Below are positions 13,023-26,110 of a stretch of DNA of 64,000 nucleotides, piece by piece. The position numbers and the translations under genes are program-made. The DNA lies in NCBI RefSeq assembly GCF_947568905.1, contig NC_079167.1, forward strand, positions 19,902,001 through 19,966,000, written 5' to 3'. This DNA comes from Ostrea edulis (taxonomy: Eukaryota). The stretch's first letter is position 1. Each line of letters begins with the position of its first letter. The notes beneath the pieces are model-generated. The model did not search any database and was not told the origin of the DNA. It saw nothing but the letters and a program-made list of their open reading frames with translations.

Positions 13023-13677
13023 GAGTGTTACATGTACTTGTTAATCTTTTAAATCAAATGTTTTTTTCTTTATTCTGTCATCTAAAACAATAATATCAAT
13101 CCATGTTTGAAAATAGGAGGCAGTGTTTGCTACGAAATGGACAGTTTTCCAACTTATTGGGAAATTTTCAGATTTAAATGCAAGCGAGAGTAACAAAATG
13201 CTTTAATGGTATCATAATTTATGGTGTCTCAAAATGTGTTGATACGGAATCCTATTGAGGCCAGTACATAGAAGGAAATTTATAGTGTTTAAACGTTTTG
13301 AAAGTTTGCAATTAAACGCATACTTTTTCATACACATCATTCTTATGTCAAACTGTTGAATGCCGTATCACGAATGGCGACTTGCATAACAATATTTGTT
13401 TTATGTTACATAGCGTCGCCATTCGTGCTACCCTTTGTAACAAATTGGTATATACTGTGCTGCGGATGAAACAGTATGTAACAAATTGTTACATGCCATG
13501 CGGGGGCTGTACTTTTCGGCCGGTGATTCCTGAGTAAATATAAAGTCTTCTAGATTCCTTTCAATCATTGTGTTTGTGAGATGTGTGTGACTTTCATGTA
13601 GACCCACATTCAATATTTGTCTCATTCTTACCTTAGTTAATGAGGAGTTAAATGGCAGTTATAAGGACACTCAAAAT

Positions 13678-13720
<43 letters not shown>
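13678..13720. repeat. (CT)n microsatellite
   Basis: Run of about 20 CT units. Confidence 0.95.
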
Positions 13721-13722
<2 letters not shown>

Positions 13723-14131
13723 TCTTGAATTTGAGAAAAATGCATAGATCTAGATCTGTTTGATTCTAGACAACAGGTACATAGGTCGTAAGACAATATG
13801 CTAATTTTACTTTTACTAGGCCTATATTTAGATGGACAGAGGACAGTATTTATCAAACAAATGTAGGAAAGCGTCACAACAGCTTGATGCTCTGAAAGGG
13901 GTTGGAAAATTCATGTATCTAAATATAGGCTTAAGGCATTGAAGACATTGGATCTGGAAAGCTATATAAAGGACGATCGATTTTTGTCTTTATTAGAAAA
14001 TGTTACTTGGACCCATGGGTCTCAGGATACATGTATATATATTGCATTCATTCTTAAAAGTCTTTAATGGGTCAACTTATATCGACACTGTTTACTGATT
14101 TATAATTTTCCAGATTCTAATGGTATATAAA

Positions 14132-14215
14132 ATGCCGATTTGTTTGGCCATAGGATGTCAAAAGCACGGTTTTGAAAGTCCTACGGTGTCTCGTCATAAA
14201 ATATTTTCCCAAAGC
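14132..14215 (+). pseudogene. Possible degenerate THAP zinc-finger N-terminus (DNA transposon relic)
   Basis: MPICLAIGCQKHGFESPTVSRHKI fits the THAP start M-x-C-x4-C-x9-VS-x-HK-(F)P; the rest of the domain was not found. Confidence 0.3.
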
Positions 14216-15450
14216 CTTTCCTCGCTGATACATGAAATAAGACAATATGGTATATACATGTACAAATGTACATGTAAATGTACAAATGTACATGTAAGGT
14301 AACCATTTGCAAAGATCTTTGAAATTCTTGAAAGGGCTACTGGATATAATTATTAAAGAAATGTTTAATGACAAAAATTTGGAAAGCTTTCGGAAAGAAG
14401 ACTAGAGTTGAACGAAATTAATCCCAGGAAACTGTATTCACAGATCAATATTCAACAGTAACTCAAACCAGCCAGAAATCCAGTCAGTAATCCAGTCAGA
14501 AATCCAGTCAGAAATCCAGCCAAACGTGTCCCTACGAATTAGTAAACATCTACGTATTGAATTTCCAAGTTGAGAATAACTTCAATAAGTCTCATAAATT
14601 ATGCATTGAAACTAGTAGATACTGGAACCTCATTATCCCGAGAGAGAATAGATGAACTGCGAATGGAATGTGCCCCCTTGCACTAAATCATATGTATGTT
14701 TTCTTATGTACATCATACAACCTGTGTATATCAAAGTTTTTATTTCAACCAGCTGATCTAATTCACTAGATCATGCCATTGTTTTTTTTATTATATAAAC
14801 TTTTAGGTCAATTTTACCCATGCATAAGATTCGAGGAATGGATGGATGTCCGTTCGTCCGTTTCAAATTCGTGACCAGGATTTTAAAAAAAAAAAACTGC
14901 TAGAAACCTCTGGTAAGGGATGGGCAGTGCTAAATTATTGGTCAGATGTTAACTTTTGTAAAGCAAGGTTTGTGGAATCGCCTACTGATATTTGTGGAAT
15001 GCAGTTATAAACACGTTAAAAAAAGTCCAGATGACAGAATAAAAATAATAAGCCAACGAATAGTCAGACAGAAGAATCAAAATCTTTCGTTTAAATTTAT
15101 ATTATTATGTTCACTCTTATAGATCCTATCTTTTGGATGTTCTTGACCAAAAAAAAAAAAAAAAAATCAAGGTGCACTCGAAACATTTAAATCAATCAAC
15201 ATATATGGATCTTCATGTTGGCAGAACGTGCACATCAACTCTAGGGCATGGTTTCTGTCGCAGACAAAGTCTCAAAAATATGCAAAACACAATATTCAAA
15301 AGTTTGCCTTGACGATAGATATTGATCGACTACCAAGCTCATGCGACACCATATGAAACGTCTCGTAAAAACACGAAGTCACGTCTCAAATGTATTTACA
15401 GCCTTGACTGTTCAAACTAAAACCAAAACAAAATCTACAGCAAATGACAA

Positions 15451-16960
15451 AACAAGAAGATGCTACTTGGGCCACATCGCTCACCTGAGTCACTATGGCC
15501 CTGTTGTTGTTCAGCTGTTGTGAATTTTAAAAGTTTTTTTTTTTCAATCTTTATACCCCATGATAAATTTGACCCCATACTGTGGTCCCAATCTAGCCTC
15601 AAAGGGTCACGACATAACCGACTGCAATTTACACAACATGGAGATGCCTCAACACCAGTATGACAAAATGTTTTACTGTTCTGGAGAAGGTCAAGGTCAC
15701 AAGATCAAAGCATGAAAAGAAGGGCCTTACAATAAGAAATATATAGGTAAACAGGAAAATTATACCTTAGATAGTTCAGGAGATATTGCAAAGGTTAGTT
15801 TTTTTTAAAAATTGGGTCAAACCTCAATGTCAAGGTCACAAGGTTAAATTCTTTAGTGCAAAGAAAAAGGTCTTGTAACAAGGAATGTGCATCACTGACC
15901 ATTCAAAAGTTACGAGCAAGGTAGACGTTTCGGACAGACAGACAGGACAAAAACAATATGTCCCCTGATTGTAGTCGCAGGGGAATAGAAAAGAACCTTA
16001 AATCCAAACACGTTGGGAACATTTGCATTTCGATATGATTTAGTGTAGCCCTGCTACTTTCGAATATAATTTGTTTCAATTGATTTCCTCTATATGTCAT
16101 GTAAAACTTTGATCTCCTTTTGCGGTCCCTGTCCTTGGGTTCCCTGATGTGAGCTACCTGTAGATGCTTGCATATTCTAAAGACGACTACTAGTAATATT
16201 GTTCCCGTTGTTGTTGATATGAAGATTTCTAAAGATGTGCCACAATTTTTTCACAAATTGATCCCCTATAGTGGCCCCAGCCTACCTCCGGGGGTCATGA
16301 TATGAATAAACTTGAATATGCACTAAATAAGCATAAGGATGCTTGTATATTGATAAAACTAATCATGGTTCTGCTGTTATTGAGATGAAGATTTTACAAG
16401 ATGTTCCCCTACAATCTAATTAATGTTATATTCTTTGATCCGCTCACGTATAACGCTACACAAGGTAGCGACATACGTGAGCGGATCAAAGGATCTAATT
16501 TTAATTAGATTGGTTTCCCTATATTTTCCCATGTAAATTTGATCCCCTATCCTGGACCCACCCCACTGCTGTGGAACACAATTTGAATAAACAGCACATG
16601 CATATGGATAAGACTTACCATGACCATACTATTGTTGAGATTTTTTCCTATATACACCCATGTAAAATTTTTATCCCCTATTGTGGTCACATCCTACTCC
16701 ACCTGGAGACCTTTCAAGATCTGAACAAATTTCAGTCTACTTTATTTCAGGAAGCTTAATTTCATGCAAATTTCAGCTTCTCTGGCCCAGTGGCTCTTTA
16801 AATTTTTTTGGATTACCCCCACCGTTTGCCTTTTCTTGATTATCATCCCTTTGGAGTTAGCACGGCCCTTCATTTGAACAAACGTTAATCCCCTTTACCT
16901 AAGGACGAGTTGTACCAAGTTTAATTGAAATTGGCCCAATAGTTCTTTAAAACAGATTCT
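15451..16960 (-). mobile_element. Helentron/HINE-type non-autonomous element with degenerate satellite monomers and nested insertions
   Basis: Begins aacaag...gggccacatcgctcacctgagtcac, the reverse complement of the 39310-39348 terminus, with internal degenerate monomers related to 38630-39300. Confidence 0.7.
16412..16512. mobile_element. 101-bp foldback MITE with CAATCT...AGATTG termini and 9-bp TSD (Mutator-like)
   Basis: Palindrome tttgatccgctcacgtat...atacgtgagcggatcaaa; TSD gttccccta / gtttcccta (one mismatch). Confidence 0.8.
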
Positions 16961-18241
16961 TAGAATATGCCCAAAACATTTCACAATTCTTAAGGTAGCT
17001 CATTATCCCAAAATTGTATTCAATGGTTCGTTAAAACACCTCTTCTGAAGTATGCATTTACCATGAAAGAGTGATGCAAGCTCTCAATATTATTTTATAT
17101 GATTTTGGGGGATTTTTCCCGGAATGATAAAAATGTGTTTTGTTTGCAAATAAGATACTCTAGTGTCCAAATTTTGCTGTGCGTTGGTGCATGATATGAA
17201 TATCTAATAAAACCTGCCTAAAATTCTCGGATATAAATGTTCTAATTGTTTAGAATGAAATATTCATGAAAAGTGAAAACGTTATTTGTAGATATTTTTT
17301 AAATATATGGATAAAATCTTTAACAACAAAAAATATCAGTTAGAAAAGAAATATATCAAAGAAATATATTTTAAAAAGAAATTGAAAAGAAATGACCTTA
17401 TTTAAGATATATCTTTGAAACTTTTTATTTCACTTTTTGGCCTTACATGAGGTATGAAAGTACAAACATATAAAACAAACAGTAACAAACAGGTACTGAA
17501 TGAATAAAAATGTAACCTATGTATTACTATATTCAAACGAAGGACAAAAGTACCGATCCCGATCAAAATTGATAGAAATTGCTATTTAAAATGATCATAT
17601 TGTTGCTAACTTTATGCACTTTTCATCAAGAAATGTTTCCTTTATAAATTCATTAAATTTGTAAACCATTTTACACCAAGGGAATGTAATTTCCCGATTA
17701 CAATGTTCTACCTATGACTACTTTTTTTTTATAATTCCGATCGGGCTTGGTTCACATTTGAAAAATCGTAATATTTCTAAATTTTGAACATTTCATTTCA
17801 TTTTCTTTTTAAAACATACTTTTCTGATATATATCATTTCTAACCGGCATGTATTAAAAGATTTTATCCGTAGATTTAAAAAATATTAGCAAATAACGTT
17901 TTCAATTTTCGTAAATATTTTTTTATTTAAAAAATTAGAACATCTATCTGAGTCGTTTGGGCATGTTTTCTTATATACTCATATTATGCATCAAATCACA
18001 GCGAAATCTGGACTCTAAAGTATCTTATCTGATGGTGAAATCATACTTCATAAGATGTGTTTTAACGAGCCATAAATAAACTTTTGGTGTAACAAACTAT
18101 CTTAATTATCTTTAATTATAAATCTTCTATATAAGAAGAAGAAATAATCTTTGACAGCAATAGAGAAACAATGAATTAAAGGAGGCGGAGCAATAACTCG
18201 TGATGTTTTGTGGTTGGGTGTAAGCAAAAATCTCTTTATGG

Positions 18242-19298
18242 TAATATCGGTTGGGATTCCAGGGCCGTAAATTACATGGAGGCGGAGGAGGCAGCTGCCT
18301 CCTCCAACTTTTGAGCCAAAAAAATTAAAATTTAAAGTTCATTAGAATTTATGTTGTTTCCAATAACTAAGAACATGATACCTCCCTTAAAAAGCATTCC
18401 AAATCTTTCTTTTAGAATGAGTTAGTCAAGTAACATCTTAGAAGGCCCTAGAATCAAGGATTTTGCACGAAACGTGTTCAGTGTGCACAAAATGTGCTCA
18501 GCGTCTGGGGGCCTGGGCGGCCCCCAGACCCCCGCCTAATTTCCTGCCTCCTCCAAATTGAAGATTAATTTACGGCCCTGGATTCGGCTCGGCTGAATAT
18601 TTGGACTGACGCCTTCACTGAATCTTTCAGCTTCGGTCGGTTCAAGCAATTTAAAATGTGCAACTTAGGTAACACTGCTGTTCGCAGTTGACTATTAACC
18701 AATTTCGTATCACCATTATTTATGCTGCATTACTCACCGTCTAAGCATGTAAATTCCATCAAATAAATTATCACTAAATTTTCCGTTCAAATGTTCACTT
18801 CCATGGCGCAATATTTTATCTCCCGAATTTGAAGAGTTCCTATAGTTTGTTTTTTTTAAATTGACGATGTACATGTAGGTATGTGGAGATACTATGTATC
18901 AGTAACTTGATAAAACATACTATAGGAAATCTTCAATTTCAGGAGATTAGTAATATTGTGCCTTGGAAGTTTTCATTTGAACGGAAAATTTAGTGACAGC
19001 TTTTTTTATTTTAAGGATTTTCATACCTACACGGTAAGCAATGCAAATTTATGGTGATAGAGGTAGTTAAACAGTCAAATTCCTGATTTAAAAGCAAACA
19101 GCAGTTTCACCTAAATGCACATCAATCGTCTCCATATGAGTGAAAAATTCTCGAACAGTATACAATCAATCAATCAATTGCTAGAACCGACCGAAGCTGA
19201 AAGTAAATTTTCAGACATGAATTATGAAGGACTGCTCCGAAATTCGGTGAAGGCGTCAGCCCAAATATCCAGTGGAACCGAATCTCAGCGAAGATTAT
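18242..19298. mobile_element. Degenerate foldback element with long imperfect inverted arms and nested insertions
   Basis: 18581-18655 is the reverse complement of 19177-19284, and 18735-18845 of 18925-19040; centre near 18880. Confidence 0.65.
18260..18580. mobile_element. MITE with 15-bp perfect TIR and 5-bp TSD (GATTC)
   Basis: cagggccgtaaatta / taatttacggccctg; GATTC at 18255-18259 and 18581-18585. Confidence 0.9.
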
Positions 19299-19299
19299 C

Positions 19300-19650
19300 T
19301 TTATGGGTCTTCTTGCAGGATAGCCAAATGACTTCAGTCGATTCTGCAAACGATGTGCCAACCATCTCCCCTTTTAAAACTGAGCTTTTGGTTAAAATGT
19401 TTCATCTAGCCATCCTTCAGAGTGCATTGTCCTCCCGAGCAGATGTTTTACGGGGTCTAACAGATCGATCTTGCACGATATTATGACGTCATTTGTTAAC
19501 CGGTACCTTCTGACAGTTCTACAGGTGGTTGATTGGTGATGACCCACGTGATGACCAATTTGTCTCAGTGACATATACCTGCTTCCCTCATTCCAAAAAT
19601 GTGCCATCCGATTGCAATTAAGGCTTGCGGAGGGCCCATAATTTCCATGT
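19300..19650 (-). pseudogene. Tc1/mariner transposase N-terminal (paired HTH) relic, frameshifted
   Basis: Pieces in different frames: FGMREAG; MSLRQIGHHVGHHQSTTCRTVRRYRLTNDV; RPRKTSAREDNAL; HRLQNRLKSFGYPARRP. These are typical Tc1 HTH motifs. Confidence 0.65.
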
Positions 19651-20068
19651 GCAAGACACGTAAACCTGATTTGTCAAATAAAGAGCTTTATCCCACGACC
19701 GGTCGTTTTTTCCCCTTGATCTTTAGGAATTTGTATATCACATATTATCAAAAGTGTGGCGATATTCATAATATCATATATGCGATAAATAATAAAATCA
19801 CAATTTCCATGACGTTGAATAAATCACGTATTGCAAATTAAATCTTTTTATAGGTGGATGCAAAAAATTACTGAAATGCTTAAAAATAGCAGAACTTTTA
19901 AACTTTTTTTAAAAACAAAAATAACATGTACTTTGATGTTTACAAGACAAGCGCTATAACCTCCATCCAGTTTTTGTTAAACTTACACATTGCATAAAGA
20001 TCAAGGCTCCTATTGGTTTTCAATGTAACATGTCAAGGTCAATGGAAAGGAAACTCCATGATTATAAT

Positions 20069-20400
20069 AATAATAATAATATCCTTTATTTATACAGGAT
20101 TGCACAATTAGTTGTATAAACTAGTTTACATTGTGGTCCTGTCTATAACATATATACATATCGAGAACATAATATATCACAAAGCATGGAAATATCACAA
20201 TTTATATACATACAGATAAGAACTAAATGAAAAGAGACAATAAACACACGAGTATCATTGAGTGTCAAAATAATGTTTTAGATAGGCTGATTTAAAAGAC
20301 GTGGTAGTTGTACATTTTCTTATAAAATCTGGTAACGAGTTCCATAAAATTGCTGCTGAAATGATAAAAGATCTTTTAAAATATTAAAATGATTCGATCA
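20069..20400 (-). mobile_element. CR1/L2-type LINE 3' end fragment with (TTA)n tail
   Basis: Reverse strand encodes YFKRSFIISAAILWNSLPDFIRKCTTTTSFKSAYLKHYFDTQ* (WN-x-LP C-terminal motif), followed by a 3' UTR and a tta tail. Confidence 0.75.
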
Positions 20401-20877
20401 TCGTGGACATCATTCATAAAAATATTGATTCCTACAAGTTTTCAATGGCTACTGGAGGAAAAGTCGGAAGTTTTTGTGTACAAAAATCAAAGATGCTGAA
20501 TTTTCTTGTAAACTGGATTCCCGTTTCGTTATGAATTTTGTTTTCAATTTTAGTGACGCTTACAAAGAAATACTGTCTTAATTACGTCGTGATCTTCGTT
20601 ACTACTGATTTAAAGGTTTAATATAATAGATCAAGGTCGAACTTGGATATAGGTTACTTTTCACAAAGATCTGCGTTAATTCTCAAGGTTAAATCAATGG
20701 TGGTATATTTGTCATTGGTGTAGACTCCAAAAAATCCATATGTATAAGATATTCAGTGTTTCCATTGGCATTTGAAGACATGTTATCTCACACAAGCACA
20801 TTGGTTCCTGATTTTGTCTTGGTTTAAAGGTCAAACAACATGGTAACTGGAGCGATCCGTGGTCCGAGGTCAAAACA

Positions 20878-20910
<33 letters not shown>

Positions 20911-21291
20911 GGGGGTAGGTAAAATTTTGAACTAGAAAGGTACCATTCGGCGCGGACATCCATGAAAATTGTAGTTTTTAAAGTGAATTAACCACTTTGT
21001 TGTTATATGCCAAATAAACATAATGGACTTACTCCTTCTAGACGCCTGACCCCACTTTTTAAAATAAATTCTGCTTCATAGCAATAAATCGAAGTTATGG
21101 CAAAACGTATGTTGATGTTTTAAGACATGTACGTCATTTAATTTTCCTGAAAGTTTCTACTACATGAAATACCTTTGCATGCAACATTGTCGGTAATATT
21201 AAATACGTGTAAGCAAGTGACTAATCCACATGTTCAAAAAATGTTCATTTTTAACCTGGAGTTTAAATAGTAGTAAAAAACCCAACGTGTT

Positions 21292-21336
<45 letters not shown>

Positions 21337-21856
21337 TGTTTCCCAGAACTCATACAGTTTACCCAATAGACAAATCATCTTTTGGAAGATGATTGATGGT
21401 GTCCTGTAGATGTGCAATGTGGTTTCAGGAATTTCATTTTCACCCTGGGGGCCAATTAAGGGTTGAAAAACGTTTCAAATGCTTCTAATAGGCTTTTGTA
21501 CTCACCTATAAGTCATTAATCAAATATATATGATCTTCCCCTCCTGCTCCCACTGGGTTTCTCGCCGTTTCTGTTCCGATGCGAGTACTTTACCATAACG
21601 ACTTGCTCCGACCATAAGGACTTGCTCCGTTTAAAAACAATTGTAAAAAAGATACTATCTTTTAAAATGTAGCATTGTTTACTATTTTCTACGGCATCAA
21701 GTCCTCGTGTTCCAACGTAAATATTAGTAAAAGTATTAAATAAAATAATAACATGTGATAACAACTTTCAATGCTTGAAAAACTTTAAAAAAAATTTCAT
21801 TTAATATTATATTTTAGATACAATGTACTTTATCATGAATTCTTACCGTGGCAGTT

Positions 21857-23338
21857 TTACTTAAGTGACACGACACTTATGGGGTACCACCCATACTGTT
21901 TCCTTGATAATCTATTTCTTCGCGTCCAACCATACGCAAATCGTTCCTCGGTACCTCCCATTACTCCCATTGTTTGTTTTATAACTTGTCCTTTTTTAAG
22001 ATCAAGTTCTTTGCTACTTCTAGCTTTGTAACGTGTCGTAGCAATAACTCGGATGTTACGCATTGTACCAATATCGTCGTTCATCTCTGAATAATCTCCT
22101 TCCGCTTGTCTGCAGGGATCGTTGTCTTTAATTGTCTTAGTTGGTTCTGCCTTATCAACACAAAATTCTTTGACGGGGAATGGACTTGGCAGACGACAAG
22201 ATGATTCGCCTGGTAGTTTTATTGTTTCTATATCATCTTCATGATATTCAGTCACTAACGATGAAGGTAATTTCATAATTAGTGGGCTTCTCAGAACTGT
22301 ATCATAATTGGGAAACGTGGCTGTTGTGTTTTGGGCACCGTGAGGGCTATTTTTCTGTGGTGGATTTTGCTGCTGATGGGATGTAGAAGGATGTGATGGG
22401 ACCATTTGTCTCTTACTGGTCTTTGTTCCCTCCTCTTTAACATTCTCCGTGTGCACAGAAGGATTAGTCACTAAAAATACATCAATCCCCGTACCGAGCC
22501 CCGCCTTCTTAAGTCTAGCCCTTTCTTCTGTTTGAATCCAGTTCTGATTATGAATTGAAAGAATATCAATCTCTTGTTGGTTTTGGAAGCATTCAAATGT
22601 CTCACGTGCATTTTCACGAATGAGGTCATATTGCGGAACGATATTTTTCACATACTGTAAAATCACATCAGGAATCCTACTAAACCTGCTTTTGTCTAAT
22701 TCCTTGAGTTCCCGAAACATCATCTGAAGGGTTTTCTTCTTACTAATGATTAAAGACTGTAACTTTGCCTCATCTTCAATACATAATGCAGAACATGTTT
22801 CAATGTGTTTTCGGATATCAGACATCTCTGTGTTCCAGGAATCTAACTTACGCGCGCTCTTGGCAGAATGTCTTTTCCTGTTCTTGGAAAGCTTTCCTTC
22901 CAACTTGATTAAAAGGGCTTTCATGTTGTCTATTGAGTGCTTCTGTTTCATGAGAGCGTTTTCCAGATTTTCCCGCTGTGTGTTGTACGATTTAAATTCT
23001 TCTTCTATTTCTGTCAATCTTTCCTTTTCCAGTCGGGTGTGTTGTAGGACTTTCTGATAGGGGCCACTACTGGCCATGAGTTTATCATAGATGTTTCTAT
23101 GAATTTCTGTCAAGGGGTCTTCATCCCCAGACGAGGGTGATTGGAATAGATTGCCGCCAACATTTTTAAGCAATTCATTTGGATAGCCTTTCCTCCAATT
23201 TTCAATCTCTTGCACATAGGTTAATTTTGCTTCAGCGCGAATCTGTATTATCCGACCTACAGTCTCCTGTAGATGAATAGTGTGTTTGTTTTGCTTAATA
23301 GCTTCTTCTACCAAATAAAAATCAATGGTATCAGCCAT
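21857..23338 (-). CDS. Intronless F-BAR + SH3 protein (divergent PACSIN/syndapin-like), 493 aa, copy 1
   Basis: Uninterrupted ORF with good start context (accATGg). RAEAKLTYVQEIENWRK resembles the FCH motif RA-x-IEK-x-Y-x-QQL-x-EW; LTEIH and MMFRELKELDKSRF resemble PACSIN F-BAR segments. C-terminal SH3-like domain (ATTRY...ELDLKKGQVI...GWYP). Confidence 0.85.
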   Translation of the reverse strand: MADTIDFYLVEEAIKQNKHTIHLQETVGRIIQIRAEAKLTYVQEIENWRKGYPNELLKNVGGNLFQSPSSGDEDPLTEIHRNIYDKLMASSGPYQKVLQHTRLEKERLTEIEEEFKSYNTQRENLENALMKQKHSIDNMKALLIKLEGKLSKNRKRHSAKSARKLDSWNTEMSDIRKHIETCSALCIEDEAKLQSLIISKKKTLQMMFRELKELDKSRFSRIPDVILQYVKNIVPQYDLIRENARETFECFQNQQEIDILSIHNQNWIQTEERARLKKAGLGTGIDVFLVTNPSVHTENVKEEGTKTSKRQMVPSHPSTSHQQQNPPQKNSPHGAQNTTATFPNYDTVLRSPLIMKLPSSLVTEYHEDDIETIKLPGESSCRLPSPFPVKEFCVDKAEPTKTIKDNDPCRQAEGDYSEMNDDIGTMRNIRVIATTRYKARSSKELDLKKGQVIKQTMGVMGGTEERFAYGWTRRNRLSRKQYGWYPISVVSLK

Positions 23339-23445
23339 GGTTAACAGCCAATCGGGTTAACAGCAACACTAGTTGACTAATGGTGACGAAACATAATTAT
23401 GACGTAGAACTATCTATGACGTCAGTCTCATAAATTGAACATTCG

Positions 23446-23527
23446 TAGTCTGGTCCCCGCCTCCGCCACTCATTGATCATTGGTTATTGGGAATGATCAA
23501 TGAGTGGCGGGGGCGGGGACCAGACTA
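23446..23527. promoter_or_regulatory. 36-bp-arm palindrome with GC boxes upstream of the F-BAR/SH3 ORF, with a nearby CRE (TGACGTCA at ~23418)
   Basis: tagtctggtccccgcctccgccactcattgatcatt, loop, aatgatcaatgagtggcgggggcggggaccagacta; probably MITE-derived. Confidence 0.55.
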
Positions 23528-25016
23528 ACGAATAGTAAGCAAACGAACTCTGGCGGAAGTTTGATGTTTTTTTTATGTCAAAATTATCAATATGGTAGCA
23601 CTCGCGCCGTTTTATATATAAACACTTTACTATATAAGGTTACATATCAATTTGACAGACATTTTATATTCTATCCATTTCAATATCAATCTTTTAAAAT
23701 GCGATTTATTAAATATAGACCATAAAATAGCTTGAATATTCACATATTTATTTATATGGTATGCATGTGTTCATATGGTACGTGTGGTTATTTTTAATTG
23801 TATATACTATAAATATGCTGTCTCGAACACTTAGGGTATAAGACTGCCAGTCTCATTGACTTGGCTCAGGCAACACTCCTTGGTATACCCGCTGTGTTTG
23901 TGAAACATTTTATAATATTGTTTTACTTTACTTCCCATATAGCACACTTGTAGAGCACACTTTCAATCAGTATTGTGATGAGCCAATTCAATACATATAT
24001 GTCAATGTAGAATGTAAATAGTGCACATGTGTATATTGTATCATGTAGTTATAATGTTTTTAAACAAAACTGTTAGAATTATATATGCCCCCTGAGGCAT
24101 CTTGATTAATGAATAAATAAGATAAAAATATATTTACATAAATATTGTATGTAGACAGGTAGGCCTAACGAAAGCGTGGTATATTGTTTAACGTCCCGTT
24201 CGAGAATCTTTCACTCCTATGGAGATGTTCATGGGAAATCTTATTCAACCTTGGCATGTCAAGTCGTTTTTCGGGGGGTGGGGGTGATAGAAGTAGTAGG
24301 AAGTTCACTCGTATAAGATTATTGACAAGCAAAACAAATAAAAATTGCGGGGGGAGGGGGGATTTAAGTTCCTCATCAGCTTTAACTGCTTCAATTTTCC
24401 ATCAGTCTTCGATATCTTAAATTGGGGGAAGGAGGTCATCCTTCACTACAATTCAATTTTTGAATTCATAACTTTCAAGCGAGCTTACATTCTTCTCATT
24501 CATCTGATAATAAAACGGCTGTGTACATCTAATATCCACTTATAACATTCAAGATATCGCTAGAACAAAGCACGGTTACAGCTAAGATGATTGATCAATT
24601 CGTTTCTGTTGTGAACATCGCGACATACGATCGCGGAGAGTGAATATTGTGTACTTTTCCCAAATCTTTCTTAGTGCCCGACCCGATTCTTATTGTCCGA
24701 CCCGATTCTTAGTATTCGGTTTTTAGTGTTCGAATACCCGGCGTGGTTATTACGGATTTGTAAATGATACTACGAACAAGATGTACAGGAAAATAGTATA
24801 TGCTACGCATGCTATACATTTTCCCCTGCCCCTTAAAGATCGACTTTGAAATCGCTCCACCAGAGATTGAAAAAATACGAGAAATTGCATTGCTTAGTCT
24901 TTGAACTACACGAACAAAATTCTTGAAATAGAGTTGGTCCGGATAATTCCACACATTGTGGTAATTAAAATAAAAAAAAAAAAACAGACTTGCAGCATAT
25001 AGACAAAAAACAAAAC

Positions 25017-25060
<44 letters not shown>

Positions 25061-25692
25061 CAAGAAGACATAAGTTGCAATCTAATTAATTAAAAGAGAG
25101 TGTTACACCGAAGCGGGAATGTTCCCTAATCATGGCGTATTTGCCTTTTAAATACCTGTAGGATTCCCCAGTACTAGGGGCAAGCCTAATACATTTTAGT
25201 GTCAATACAATATACATGTGGTCTAAACATAATTTTTGAAAATTAAAATGTCTTTTTTCCCCCCTGAGTATCAGATACAATGTATATGGTTATACATGTT
25301 ACGAGTGTATCAAATATTTAATATTCTGTACTACTACAGTCTAAAAGCTCTTACATGTACACTCTATGTATCATAATTCGACTACAACCAACAGTTGGCA
25401 ACTGTACATAACTCTGACCTCAAAACAAAATATGGGAAGTTTATTGTGCATTAATAAAATTCAACATACATGTACATGTAATTCGAAGTACATGCACCTG
25501 ATAACATTGATTCACCATTATAGCAATTTGCTACTGGAATACATATCATCTTATCCACTCAAACTGTTTGACGGTTATTTACCTTGTTTGGCCTTAAAGT
25601 TTTGGAAAGTTCACAACGGTTTTTCATAAAATGCACCATGCCTTTGTCAACACCTTTCACTCAGAAAAACACACAAGTTCTTGTTATTTTTT

Positions 25693-26110
25693 TTTATATT
25701 AGAAGATCTATTTGTAAGTTACGGATATCAGCTCATAAATTAATGATTGAAGTTGGTAGATATTCTGGATGACTAGGAATGAACGAATATGTAACAAATG
25801 CAACTCCGGTTTATTAGGTGATGCGATTCATTTTTTGATTAAATGTGAAAAGTTTGTTGATGAAAGAAAATCTTTTTGTGGTGCTATAGAAAAAACAGTT
25901 AAATTTTTTACCAAACTCAATAATGAACAAAAATTCATTTACATACTATGTTTTGAAGAGCCATCTATTCTAAATATAACTGGAAAATTTATTTTGAACA
26001 ATATATGACACTGTATTTGTATATAACTATGTGTTATGTAATCACTTCTTTCTTTACTTGTATATATATATGTACATTATTTGTATGTATTTGAGGGCCC
26101 TTGATTGGAA
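25693..26110 (+). mobile_element. Non-LTR retrotransposon 3' fragment (C-terminal CCHC region), frameshifted
   Basis: RRSICKLRISAHKLMIEVGRY.../RNERICNKCNSGLLGDAIHFLIKC is a typical LINE ORF2 C-terminal zinc-knuckle motif. Confidence 0.75.

Noticed and set aside
22746-23057. 103-aa antisense ORF (also 57553-57864, 26958-27737, 52404-53183)
   Set aside because: Opposite-strand shadows of the real ORFs; their conservation between arms follows from the duplication.
24184-25629. Several 60-123-aa ORFs shared by both arms
   Set aside because: Run through microsatellites and repeat fragments, with different starts, stops or frames between arms; no coding signature.
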